From Candidatus Bathyarchaeota archaeon (GTDB taxonomy: Archaea > Thermoproteota > Bathyarchaeia > Bathyarchaeales > DTEX01): a stretch of DNA of 64,000 bases. Positions 32,935-42,193 of this stretch are shown here, piece after piece; positions within the stretch are counted from its first letter, which is position 1; each line of letters opens with the position of its first letter. The stretch lies in contig CAVQNT010000006.1 in the NCBI GenBank assembly GCA_963714275.1, positions 32,001 through 96,000 of the forward strand. Reading direction: 5' to 3'. The position numbers and the translations under genes are program-made. The notes beneath the pieces were generated by a model. It did not search any database and had not been told where the DNA came from. It was given only the letters and a program-made list of their open reading frames with translations.

Positions 32935-33829
32935 ATGGTTGAAATGATGAAGATTGGAACATCGCAAGTTGAGTTGGATTCGACAAAAATCTTGAAGGAA
33001 GACGATGAAGAATTAGTCCTTCCCGGCATCCTTGCTCGCGAAGGCGTTTTTCCTTATCCTGGAGGACGAGCGTTTAGACCTCGTGAAAGACTGAAGTCAA
33101 GGCTAAAGACTTTCGAGGTGCCTAGAGTATTCGACTCAGAGACATCCTGATTCTATGGTCTTGACAGATCCTGATTTATGTGTCGGCAAAGTTGACGGTG
33201 TGACTTGGAATGAAGATAAAGGCGAAGTTCACGGTAATGTCCATTTATTCAAAAATTGCTTAACTCCTGAGTTTCTTGCTGGAGTTAAATCTGGTGCATT
33301 TTCTAAAAATAGCATGGGGTTTCTTTTCAGGGAAGATGCGACCAGTGGCGAATTTAATGGTCAAGCGTATGATTATGTGCAGCGGAAGATTCTTGTGGAT
33401 CATATAGCCGTGGGAGTTCCGAACCCGAGAGATCCAGGTTGCATCCTTGGCGTAGATGATTTTTCAAGTGAAATAAGTGTGAACCTTAAGGGCGCTGATG
33501 CTTGGGAAACAAGTTTCATTAACGACCTGCCTGACTCGTCCTTCGCATACGTCGAGGATGGCGGAAAAAAGGATGATGAAGGCAAAACTGTTCCCCGAAG
33601 CCTTAGGCACCTACCCTACAAAAACGGTCAAGGCACCATTGACCACGACCACCTCGTTAACGCTCTTGCAAGGGTTAGCCAGTCTGCAACTTTGCCTGAA
33701 GGCGGAAAGACAGCTGCTAAAGACAAATTGTGTGGCGCAATCCGTAGCTGGAACAATGAACACGCTGACAGCAAGATTGAGTCAGAAGTTTGTGGCGTAA
33801 CGGGAGATTGTCTCCTGGACGCCTTTTGA
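32935..33829 (+). CDS. Prohead protease (DUF2213-like) with C-terminal LPDSSFA...HLVNALAR domain (frameshifts near 33090-33150)
   Basis: ILAREGVFPY, SMGF, GEFNGQAYDYVQRKILVDHIAV...PRDPGC. Confidence 0.8.
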
Positions 33830-33959
33830 GGAGATTGAGAGGTCAAAGAGACTGTTCATAGTCACTAAATTCAACAATTTAGGGATAGAATTGCATCGAG
33901 ATGATGGTGCTGAGACTCACGACGGGTCTTTAAACTAGCAAAAAAATGGAAAAAAGAAA

Positions 33960-34372
33960 ATGTCAAATCAGGACGGGTCAGATGCGGAACAAAACAAAGC
34001 CATAAAGGTTACTATTGACCAGGTGATGGCTGAAAACCTAAGTTTGAAGCAGATAGTTCAAGATCTGGACCAAACTGTGAAGGATCTTACATCTCAGCTT
34101 AAGGCTGCGAATGACGTGCTTGAAGCGCAAGCGAGGGCGAAGTTGATTGCGGAAATCAAACCCCGCAGCAGATATTCTGACGAGGACTTAACGAAACTTT
34201 CGCTTGACGACTTAACAAACATCAAGGTTACGCTTGACAACGCTAAAATGTCGAACTTACAAGAACATCCACTTCGGTCCCCTAGGGATTGATGAAGCGC
34301 AAGGACGAGGGACTAACCGTAGGAGACCTATCGGTTGTCACAGAAGCTAAACGCAAAGCAAGGAGCGCATAA
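33960..34372 (+). CDS. Capsid scaffolding-like coiled-coil protein (C-terminal frameshifts)
   Basis: Heptad-rich, charged sequence located between the protease and capsid genes. Confidence 0.6.
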
Positions 34373-34374
34373 GT

Positions 34375-34851
34375 ATGCCACAATTTCTCGTTAAACCCAC
34401 GAACCAAGTTGTGGTTCAGGGCAACCCGATAAAGGTTGAATACGAAGTTGGAGCGAATGCTACGGCTGCAAAAATGCTTCCTGGAAGACTTGTAATCTAT
34501 GACACTGTTGCTAAGGCTGTTAAAGAGGCTGGAGCCGAAGCTGACAACGTTTTAGGATTCCTTGATGTCGCAGCTGAATATCTTGAAGCTACACATTACG
34601 AGGTAGGCGACCAAGTCTTGGTTGTCATGGGTGAATGTATCGCTAAACTAACTTTGTTGGCAAGCGAAAACGTTGCTCCTGGAGACTGGTTGGTTGCTGC
34701 TGCTGATGGAAAAGTTGCGAAGCAAGCTGTTGGTGCTATGGGGGCTCAGGGAATGCCTGTTGGGCAAGCTTTGGAACTGAGTAATGTTACGGTTGACGCT
34801 GAGATCTTGGTTCATTGGATTCCGTGCGCTGAGCCTGCTGCTGCAAGTTAA
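34375..34851 (+). CDS. Capsid decoration/cement protein
   Basis: Ala/Gly/Val-rich beta protein (PGRLV, GDQV, PGDWLVAAADGKV, VGQALE) immediately before the MCP. Confidence 0.65.
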   Translation: MPQFLVKPTNQVVVQGNPIKVEYEVGANATAAKMLPGRLVIYDTVAKAVKEAGAEADNVLGFLDVAAEYLEATHYEVGDQVLVVMGECIAKLTLLASENVAPGDWLVAAADGKVAKQAVGAMGAQGMPVGQALELSNVTVDAEILVHWIPCAEPAAAS

Positions 34852-34863
34852 GGGTGATCTGAT

Positions 34864-35742
34864 ATGAAACCGCTTACAAAAGTTGGTTTAGAAACAGGTT
34901 CCTTAACTGATGAAGAACTCCGTTACCTTGACGGCAGAGTTGTTGAAACGGTGAGACCTCTGCTTGTTGGTAGACGGTTGTTCCCAGTGTTCAGGCTTCC
35001 GAACGCAGGAATTAAGACTGTCCGAGGCTGGAAAGAAACGGACATGAGCCAAGCGACGATTGACATGAACGGTCAGGTAGACGCTTTTGACAGGATTGAA
35101 CTCGCAGAATTCGACATCAAAGTGCCAGTGATAGCCAAAGGCTTCAGATTGAATTGGAGAGACATCCTCGCTTCACGTAACGGCGGAATTCCGATTGACG
35201 CCCGAAGCATAGAGAATGCTGCTCGACAATGCGCTGAAGAAGAAGATCAACTACTGTTAACTGGAGAACGGACAAGTTGGAAGGCTCTCGGAATCGAAGG
35301 ATTAGCTACTGCTACGGGCAAAGAAACTCAGGGGTCAGCTGGAGCTTGGGGAGCAAACAGCATCGTCGACGTTAGTGCTTGCATTGCTAAGCTTGAGGCA
35401 GGCGGACACTACGGTCCTTACGCTTTAGTCGTGAGGTCAGCGTGGTATGCGAAGCTGAGAGCATTGATTGCTAACACAGGCATCTTTTACCTCGAAAAAG
35501 TCGCTGAGCTCGTGAAGGCAGGAATCTTCGTGAGCGACAACCTCTATTCAAGCGCTGATGCGACAACAATCGCATTAGTCGTTGAACCAACTCAGGAAAA
35601 CTTTGAGCTCGTAGTCGGACAAGACATGAACACGTGGACAGTTCAAGACGAAAACATGAACACTAAAGGCAAAGTTTACGAGGTCGTTGCGCCCCGCATC
35701 AAAAGACCTGAATCTATCTGTGTTTTGACTGGATTATCTTAA
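34864..35742 (+). CDS. HK97-fold major capsid protein, encapsulin/linocin-M18-like
   Basis: LVGRRLFPV, FRLNWRDI, AARQCAEEEDQLLLTG, GIEGL, GPYALVV, FELVVGQD, PRIKRPESIC; follows portal-protease-scaffold. Confidence 0.88.
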   Translation: MKPLTKVGLETGSLTDEELRYLDGRVVETVRPLLVGRRLFPVFRLPNAGIKTVRGWKETDMSQATIDMNGQVDAFDRIELAEFDIKVPVIAKGFRLNWRDILASRNGGIPIDARSIENAARQCAEEEDQLLLTGERTSWKALGIEGLATATGKETQGSAGAWGANSIVDVSACIAKLEAGGHYGPYALVVRSAWYAKLRALIANTGIFYLEKVAELVKAGIFVSDNLYSSADATTIALVVEPTQENFELVVGQDMNTWTVQDENMNTKGKVYEVVAPRIKRPESICVLTGLS

Positions 35743-35818
35743 GGGGCGCTAAGGTAGTCCTAATAAAATTTTTTCCTCCGCTTTTTAGGAGCGTTCAATA
35801 CGAGTAGTCATCAAAAAC

Positions 35819-36151
35819 ATGGAGAAAAAAGGATTGCCAGAACTGATAGCGTATGCGGGACCGATAGAGACGACAGATGCTTACGCGACAGCATTGAAGG
35901 TTAAGCTTCCCCCTCAAATCAGCAAGGCCATGGTTCACATTAAGGAGCTTGACGTGAACGATATTGATTGGAAGATTCTCGGCAGCATAGATGATGACAT
36001 CTATTTTGAGGAAAACGCTGAAGCAACAGTCACGAAAGACGATTCAGATGTCCACGAAGTAACGAAAGCGTGGATTTACCTTGACATCCAGGTGAAGTCT
36101 ACCGTGTCCAACAATTCAGGCGAGATTGCAGTCGCAGTTTCAGGGGCTTAA
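35819..36151 (+). CDS. Beta-rich acidic virion accessory protein (putative)
   Basis: Jelly-roll-like composition; position downstream of the MCP. Confidence 0.45.
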   Translation: MEKKGLPELIAYAGPIETTDAYATALKVKLPPQISKAMVHIKELDVNDIDWKILGSIDDDIYFEENAEATVTKDDSDVHEVTKAWIYLDIQVKSTVSNNSGEIAVAVSGA

Positions 36152-36154
36152 GCG

Positions 36155-36406
36155 ATGAGATTCAGGATCTTACCGAAAGTCAAAAGTTTCAGTGACGCTG
36201 CGGGAAACCTTCATTGTCCTGGAGACATCGTAGATCTTCCGCCTAGTTATCTTGGCGAAAATTGGCTTGAGCCAGTTGACAAGGTTGACGTCAAAAAGAC
36301 TGAGGCACGTTTGGAACCTTCCAAGCCTGTTGCGGAGAAAGAAGCAGTTGTCCCCTTCGAGACCCCAAAGACGCAGAGGAAGGTAAAAAAAAAGTTAAAG
36401 TCCTAA
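36155..36406 (+). CDS. Small head-associated viral protein
   Basis: PGDIVDLP...WLEP plus Lys/Glu/Pro-rich tail, typical of post-MCP small genes. Confidence 0.5.
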   Translation: MRFRILPKVKSFSDAAGNLHCPGDIVDLPPSYLGENWLEPVDKVDVKKTEARLEPSKPVAEKEAVVPFETPKTQRKVKKKLKS

Positions 36407-37000
36407 TCGGCGTTCCATGCCTGAACGACAAGGACAGGTATGCAGGTTACAGAGACTTAATCTTATATGCTGCTGAACTGTCGATTGGAGACGTAGAACA
36501 CAGCGTTTATGTTTCTCCGAATTCGAGGGCAATCGAGGTATACGGGATAGTTGAATGCGACAACGACATAGTCAAATATTTTTTGAGCAAAGATTTTACG
36601 TATCTTTGGATGGTTGAGCTTGACACCGTTGTCCCTAAAGACGCTTTCTCTCGAGCTTTTTGGTTTAGACGTTGACATTGCCCTCGGTTATTTTCCGAGC
36701 CACCGAGACTTTAACAGGCTGATCGCTGGCTGGATCGGTGAAGACGGTAAAGTCTACTATCTTCCACGGTTCGCGTTGAAGGGTCAGGTCCTGCGTGGCT
36801 GGGTTTTCGCTGGGACAGGATGTATGCTTGTTAAAAGGCGTGTCTTCGAGGTTGGGGGAATCCGTTTCAAATACAATCCTGACGTCGGTGGACCTGACGT
36901 TTCATTCATGTTTGATTCTTTGCGAAGAGGGTTTACTGCAGCCCTCCATGGAGACGTAGAATGCGGACACTTGCCTGAATGGCTGTTGAAGGAGGGTTGA
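36394..37000 (+). CDS. GT-A (GT2-like) glycosyltransferase (frameshift near 36655; start uncertain)
   Basis: KVLIGVPC...YLWMVELDTVVP, then GTGCMLVKRRVFE, GPDVSF, VECGHL. Confidence 0.7.
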
Positions 37001-37004
37001 AGGC

Positions 37005-37280
37005 GTGGGTTTGGATAATGCACACTCTGGAACTTCTTCGAAAAAATTGGTTGATAAACATAGAGTTATTGAAAAAAAGATTTTGTTCACTCTTTTGAAT
37101 GGACCTGTGAGACTTCGTGACATTTTGAAACATGCTTACAAAGACTCTGCGCCCGTTTACAGTGGCACCCAGGTTGTTTATTGGTTAAGAGATAACGGTT
37201 ACATCCAAAAAACAGGCAAAGGTCATAGCGACCCTTACATGATCACTGAACGGGGACGAAGATACTATGATTGCACCTGA
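37005..37280 (+). CDS. Winged-HTH protein
   Basis: ILFTLLNGPVRLRDI...WLRDNGYIQK...YMITERG. Confidence 0.65.
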   Translation: MGLDNAHSGTSSKKLVDKHRVIEKKILFTLLNGPVRLRDILKHAYKDSAPVYSGTQVVYWLRDNGYIQKTGKGHSDPYMITERGRRYYDCT

Positions 37281-37680
37281 CTCCAAAAAGAAAGAAGATT
37301 TTAAAAGAGCACTATTGAGCTGGGAAACAAAACACAGCATCCTCGTCGTAAGGGAAGACGGGAAATTCTTTCAAATTTTTAGGATCCTGAAATCTCGTAG
37401 GAAAATTAGTCCTTGGACCTGCTGGCGTAATGAATGTTTATGCAGTAAACAGTTAAGTCGTCCGCACTTGACTTGTTTCAGCTGCAGAATCAGAAGGGTC
37501 ATTGGTAAAGAGATTCCTCCAATCCTCGAAGTTACACCTTACGTTTTACTGATTCCACGGTACCGGGGAAAGCTGAAGACTTTTCTGGGAAAGAAGTTCT
37601 GCACGTTAGTGAAAGATTTAATCGGTAAAATCCCTTACTATACAGTTAGTGAACTAAACGGTAATCCCCATTTTAGGTGA
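37267..37680 (+). CDS. Hypothetical Cys-rich protein
   Basis: 137-aa ORF with CxxxxC and CxxC. Confidence 0.4.
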   Translation: MIAPDSKKKEDFKRALLSWETKHSILVVREDGKFFQIFRILKSRRKISPWTCWRNECLCSKQLSRPHLTCFSCRIRRVIGKEIPPILEVTPYVLLIPRYRGKLKTFLGKKFCTLVKDLIGKIPYYTVSELNGNPHFR

Positions 37681-37736
37681 GCTTAGCTAATTGGTCTATG
37701 AATCTGTTATAGTAGTCTATTGGCTCAAATAACTAT

Positions 37737-38464
37737 CTAGATTTTCCAGAAAGCCATGTATCCCCTTCTTTGTTTTTTCATTTCCTTCACTCTTTGTTCT
37801 AGGTCAGCTTTGCCTTTTTCATATTCTTCCTTCTTTATCAAATCATCTTCAAACATCTGCTTCAATAGAATAGGTAGAATTTCGGCAACTGGCGGAGTTA
37901 TTTGATTAAAAAACTCATCGATTTTTTCTTTAGGTATCATAAAAAGATTCTTAGAAGTTTCTTCGACAAAGGATATAAAGTCTGAAAAAATTTCCTTGGC
38001 AGACACAAAATCCAACTGTGCGAAATCCATCGGATTTTTCCATTCACTATTCTTATGGTCGACATATAGACAGACTTTCTCGAACCCTTCTAAATTCATT
38101 GACAGCCTCGCCAAGTTCTTTTATCGATTTTTCTATTTCCTGTCTGGACGGCTTTTTCTTGGGATAGACTAGTTCTCCCCTCTTCTGACTTGCGTAGATG
38201 CCAAGGGCGAAGGCTGTTTTAGATTTGTGGTCCATTAAATCCTTTCTTACTTTTTCATCGTATTCAAAAAAACCCACATAAGTCATCGCATAAAAATATG
38301 CCTTTGCCAGCTTCCTCCATTGCAGTAAAGTATAGGAAGAAAGCATGGGCAAAACTATTATTCTCTGCCAATATGTCTGCGTCTTGCGTAAGACGATTCA
38401 CATGATCCATACAGATATCTCTGCCTTTTCTAAAATCAATTTGTTTTAGCATGTTCATCCCCAT
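37737..38464 (-). CDS. AbiV family abortive-infection protein (HEPN), split by frameshifts
   Basis: RLTQDADILAENNSFAHAFFLYFTAMEEAGK, MDHKSK, CLYVD...WKNP signature segments. Confidence 0.78.
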
Positions 38465-38478
38465 TCTTCATAATAACA

Positions 38479-38754
38479 TTACAACATACTACTGGTTACA
38501 ATCATATATCTTAATCCACAAGAACCTTGAATGCGAGATATGTTAACAACACGAACGCGCGCTTCATTTCTTCTATACAAAATTCTTCCGTGAGGTTCCG
38601 TAAATAATTTCGTTCCGCATTTCTTACAATAGAAGGTTTTACCACCGAAAAAAATGTTTTTTACTTCATAACAATTTTTGCATATAGTAAAAGCTAGTGA
38701 ACTGTAGCCAGCTATAAAATTGGCGCATGTGGTACTCTTGGTGCGCGCACACAC
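38479..38754 (-). CDS. Zn-ribbon protein
   Basis: ICKNC...YCKKCG. Confidence 0.4.
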   Translation of the reverse strand: MCARTKSTTCANFIAGYSSLAFTICKNCYEVKNIFFGGKTFYCKKCGTKLFTEPHGRILYRRNEARVRVVNISRIQGSCGLRYMIVTSSML

Positions 38755-38852
38755 ACATTTCTAACTAAATGATAAAAATCACAAAAATATTTTGTCAAGA
38801 ACTGTCAAAAATAAAAAATGTCAATTCGTCAATGTCAAAAATCGCAGGCTCA

Positions 38853-40292
38853 CTAACGTATTTTCATTTTGCATATATTACCGAGAAATTCTTGGTTCAA
38901 GGGTTTATTTGGACCAGTGTTTTTCACACTTCTTATCTTTACCTTATAAAATGCTTTTTCGTGCTCTTGAAAATAAGCAGATGTTGTTAGAATAACTGCA
39001 TTTACTCTTTTCGTTAGTTTCAGTTTTCCTTTTAATCCGTTTTCAAGAAGCATTAAATCTCTTGCAAGCTCCTTCTCGTCCCTGTAAAACCCCATGTTCA
39101 TTTCGATGTAGATTATTCCAGGTCCCTCTGTGGGTATCTGAGTATAGGCATGATCAAATGAATTAAGAATACCTTTTATTCGATCAGGTAAGAGCGACGA
39201 AACAAACACCACAAGACGGGGATTCTTGTGCTTAGGCTCAGGGGCATTAATCGATACGTTATCTCTTTCCAGATAGAGATCTATTACAGGATTTGTCCAA
39301 TCAAAACTAAATCCATCCATACTTGGTTTGATGTTTTCATCTGAATGGTGATAAATATCTAGCGTAGGTTCATGCATATTAACATTAAATTCTCGGAGAT
39401 CGGGCTTAAAATGACCGTCTATAACATTGTTTAATTTAGGGAATTCTTTCAAAATTATTTGGAATTTATTTGCTGTAAATACCCCGCATTTTGAGTTTTT
39501 AATTGAAGTTTGAATGTATTCTATTAGAAAGTCTTTATCTGCCGTTGTTAGATCTGAATCTGTTTTAACAACAGCAGCGTAATTTTTCCCAAGGTTATCT
39601 AAAGCCTTCAGAACATTTACTAAGATTTCATCCCAGAGGTATTGGTTGCGCATGTCTCTTTGTGACTTCTTATCTTTTTGCTTGCATTCAACATAGACTT
39701 TCTCTCCATCTTTTTCAACGCACATATCTGGCGTCTTCTCTTTTTCTTCCTTAATAAAGCAAACTTGGTATCCTGCTCGCTTGAGAGAAGATGCTACTTT
39801 TATCTCATATACAGCCTTCTCAAAACTCACAGAATCTGTTAATCTTGTTCTCCACATTTTTCGAGTACTATTTTTTATCTTTCTGCCATCCTTGCTAATC
39901 AATGCAATAGATTCTATTTCCATTAAATTATTACCAAGATCAAATAACTCCAACAATTCCTTTGTAAAAGAATGGGTTTGCTTTTGAAGGAGACTTTGAT
40001 AATTAGGATAGCCTTTTCGCCACAAAGCAATAAGAGGATTAGGAGTTGGGCTGATCAGATGCCCATATTTCTTAGGTTTATGATCTGTACTTGCTTTCGC
40101 TATAATTATTGGTTTGTGCTCAGAAACCTTGAAAAATTCTTCCCCAGTAGTAGATACGACCTTTTCTATGGCTAGGCGAATGCTATCTATTGTTATTTTC
40201 CATTCCTTGTAAGTCATAATTTCAATCGACGATGAAATAAAATGTACTTTAACTTTTATATAGCGTGCGCTGGTAGATACAAAAAGAGTCAA
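38853..40292 (-). CDS. Large PD-(D/E)xK nuclease-fold protein (putative defence; start probably near 40217)
   Basis: YEIKVASSLKRAGYQV...KTPD...VYVECK; AT-rich. Confidence 0.65.
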   Translation of the reverse strand: MTLFVSTSARYIKVKVHFISSSIEIMTYKEWKITIDSIRLAIEKVVSTTGEEFFKVSEHKPIIIAKASTDHKPKKYGHLISPTPNPLIALWRKGYPNYQSLLQKQTHSFTKELLELFDLGNNLMEIESIALISKDGRKIKNSTRKMWRTRLTDSVSFEKAVYEIKVASSLKRAGYQVCFIKEEKEKTPDMCVEKDGEKVYVECKQKDKKSQRDMRNQYLWDEILVNVLKALDNLGKNYAAVVKTDSDLTTADKDFLIEYIQTSIKNSKCGVFTANKFQIILKEFPKLNNVIDGHFKPDLREFNVNMHEPTLDIYHHSDENIKPSMDGFSFDWTNPVIDLYLERDNVSINAPEPKHKNPRLVVFVSSLLPDRIKGILNSFDHAYTQIPTEGPGIIYIEMNMGFYRDEKELARDLMLLENGLKGKLKLTKRVNAVILTTSAYFQEHEKAFYKVKIRSVKNTGPNKPLNQEFLGNICKMKIR

Positions 40293-40701
40293 TTATTCTG
40301 ATAATTAACAAAGCACGCTTTATTGTCTAGTTAGTCTATTTTTTTTTTTAGTTGCTTTTTTGAGAATATCTACCATATAATCATGTAGCGTTTTTCCTTC
40401 TAAGGCTGCTTTTGAGACATGATACATGTTTTCATCATTCGTACACATGTAATATTGTTAAAGTCCCTCCCTAACCACTACACTTTTCTGTATTTGGAAT
40501 CATTTGCCCTATGAGACTATGGACAGATATTTTACTAATACTGTTTCAGGATATCCATAAAAAATAAAAAAAACACCAATATATAGTATTATATATAATC
40601 TCCCCCTTTTCTGGGCATTTTATATACCATAAAACATATATGTTGGAAAACTATACTTTTACAATATATATCCAAAGTATAAGAAATGTGGAATAAGACT
40701 A

Positions 40702-41409
40702 TTGCCACTATATAGGATTCAAAGGGATGATGTGTTGCGTAAAGAAGAGATAGATAGTCTCTTGAATCAATGCACACAAAACTTAATTGATGGAAAAAAA
40801 GTAATTGAAAAAGAGTATGGATTATTTCCTATCAAGTTTAGCCCACCAATGATTCAATGTTTCATTGCACTTGAATGGCTGTTTGGCAAACGGATAAGGG
40901 AAACATTAAGGCTTAGGCGTCAAGATGTTTATTGGGATGATGAATACCTTTGTGTCAACTTCACTGTCCAAAAGAAGAAGAATAGAAAGGCAACTTCAGC
41001 ACCACAGAGGACTTTAAAGAAAATATCATTAAGCAATCCTTACACACGATATATCATTGACTACGTTTCCACAATAACTGATGGATGGATATTCAAGGGT
41101 GCAAAGGGAAGGCGTGAGAAAACAGTATATTGGAAAGATGATGAGGGGAAAATAATAAAGTCCTATCATTATGTTGATGAGGATGAGGGGCGTTTATCTC
41201 AGGAGTATGCCTTACAGATTTTAAAAGCATTGGATATGAACATTTGTTGCCATCTTTTCCGTCACAGTTTAGCAACACTAATGGCTGAACATGAAGCAAC
41301 CCAAGAAGATTTAATGAATTGGTTCGATTGGGACCGGGTTGATACAGCTCATAATTATGTTAGGGGTGGACCAAGGATGACAAAGAAGTGGAGTGACAGA
41401 ACATGGTAA
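40702..41409 (+). CDS. Tyrosine recombinase/integrase (catalytic domain only)
   Basis: FGKRIRETLRL, QKK, CHLFRHSLAT, WFDW, AHNY. Confidence 0.85.
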   Translation: MPLYRIQRDDVLRKEEIDSLLNQCTQNLIDGKKVIEKEYGLFPIKFSPPMIQCFIALEWLFGKRIRETLRLRRQDVYWDDEYLCVNFTVQKKKNRKATSAPQRTLKKISLSNPYTRYIIDYVSTITDGWIFKGAKGRREKTVYWKDDEGKIIKSYHYVDEDEGRLSQEYALQILKALDMNICCHLFRHSLATLMAEHEATQEDLMNWFDWDRVDTAHNYVRGGPRMTKKWSDRTW

Positions 41410-41426
41410 GGGAGGTGACTTGAGCA

Positions 41427-41639
41427 ATGAATAAAATATCAAAATGGAGTAGATTAGATTATTATTTCCATGAGAATTGGTTCCATAAATACATCCATAG
41501 AAAACTAAGAGGTGAGGATGTTAAGCTGGCAAGACAACTCCTGAAGCAACATCCAGATTGGAGTAAGAGAGAATGTGTGGAGCAGGCTACATCAATGATG
41601 CTTAGGAAGAGGGCTGAAGAAAAGTTGGAGAGAGTTTAA
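41427..41639 (+). CDS. Small HPDWS-motif protein, copy A
   Basis: GGAGGTGA SD at 41411; LLKQHPDWS. Confidence 0.65.
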   Translation: MNKISKWSRLDYYFHENWFHKYIHRKLRGEDVKLARQLLKQHPDWSKRECVEQATSMMLRKRAEEKLERV

Positions 41640-41654
41640 AGGAGGTGATAAAGA

Positions 41655-41823
41655 ATGAATAAGCTCTTTTATGAAACTACAGGAGTATGTCCACAATAAA
41701 GAGGCAGAGGAAAAAATCAAATTAACACAGAAACTGAAGAAGGAGCACCCTGATTGGAGTGATGACGCAATCTGGGTAGCAGCTACAATGAAGGTCAATG
41801 AGTGGAGAATGGAAAGACTTTAA
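41655..41823 (+). CDS. Small HPDWS-motif protein, copy B (alternative start 41671)
   Basis: GGAGGTGA SD at 41641; frame from 41671 reads MKLQEYVHNKEAEEKIKLTQKLKKEHPDWSDDAIWVAATMKVNEWRMERL. Confidence 0.6.
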
Positions 41824-42193
41824 CATATTAAGTAAAATTGGTGTGGATAGCGAATATTTGGAATCTTCGAACGTCCCAAATGTTCGGTAACATGTCTAGA
41901 CTTGGAATCTGGACTATAAAATAAAAAAAATTCTATCTATTTTAATGAACAATGATTGAATATAATGTTAGAACTATATTTTTTGGCCAGTTTGAGCAAT
42001 TGAGTTGATGTGATACAACAATAATGAGCCTAAAACCAGTGATAGTGATGTGATAAATCTCGTTGTATTCATAGAGTATTGAAAAAGTGTGTAGATATTC
42101 ACATAGTAGGATAAAGAACCTTGTAAATGAAGATTAGGTATTGAAACAGATGATGATACTATAAGGGCTGTCGCCCTTTAACCTAACCCTGAA

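Noticed and set aside
34864-35742. A stand-alone encapsulin nanocompartment operon
   Set aside because: No cargo enzyme gene is adjacent; the context is portal, protease and scaffold
40349-40560. RHH-like remnant (KAALEGKTLHDYMVDILKK) on the minus strand
   Set aside because: Interrupted by stops with no clear start; too degraded to call
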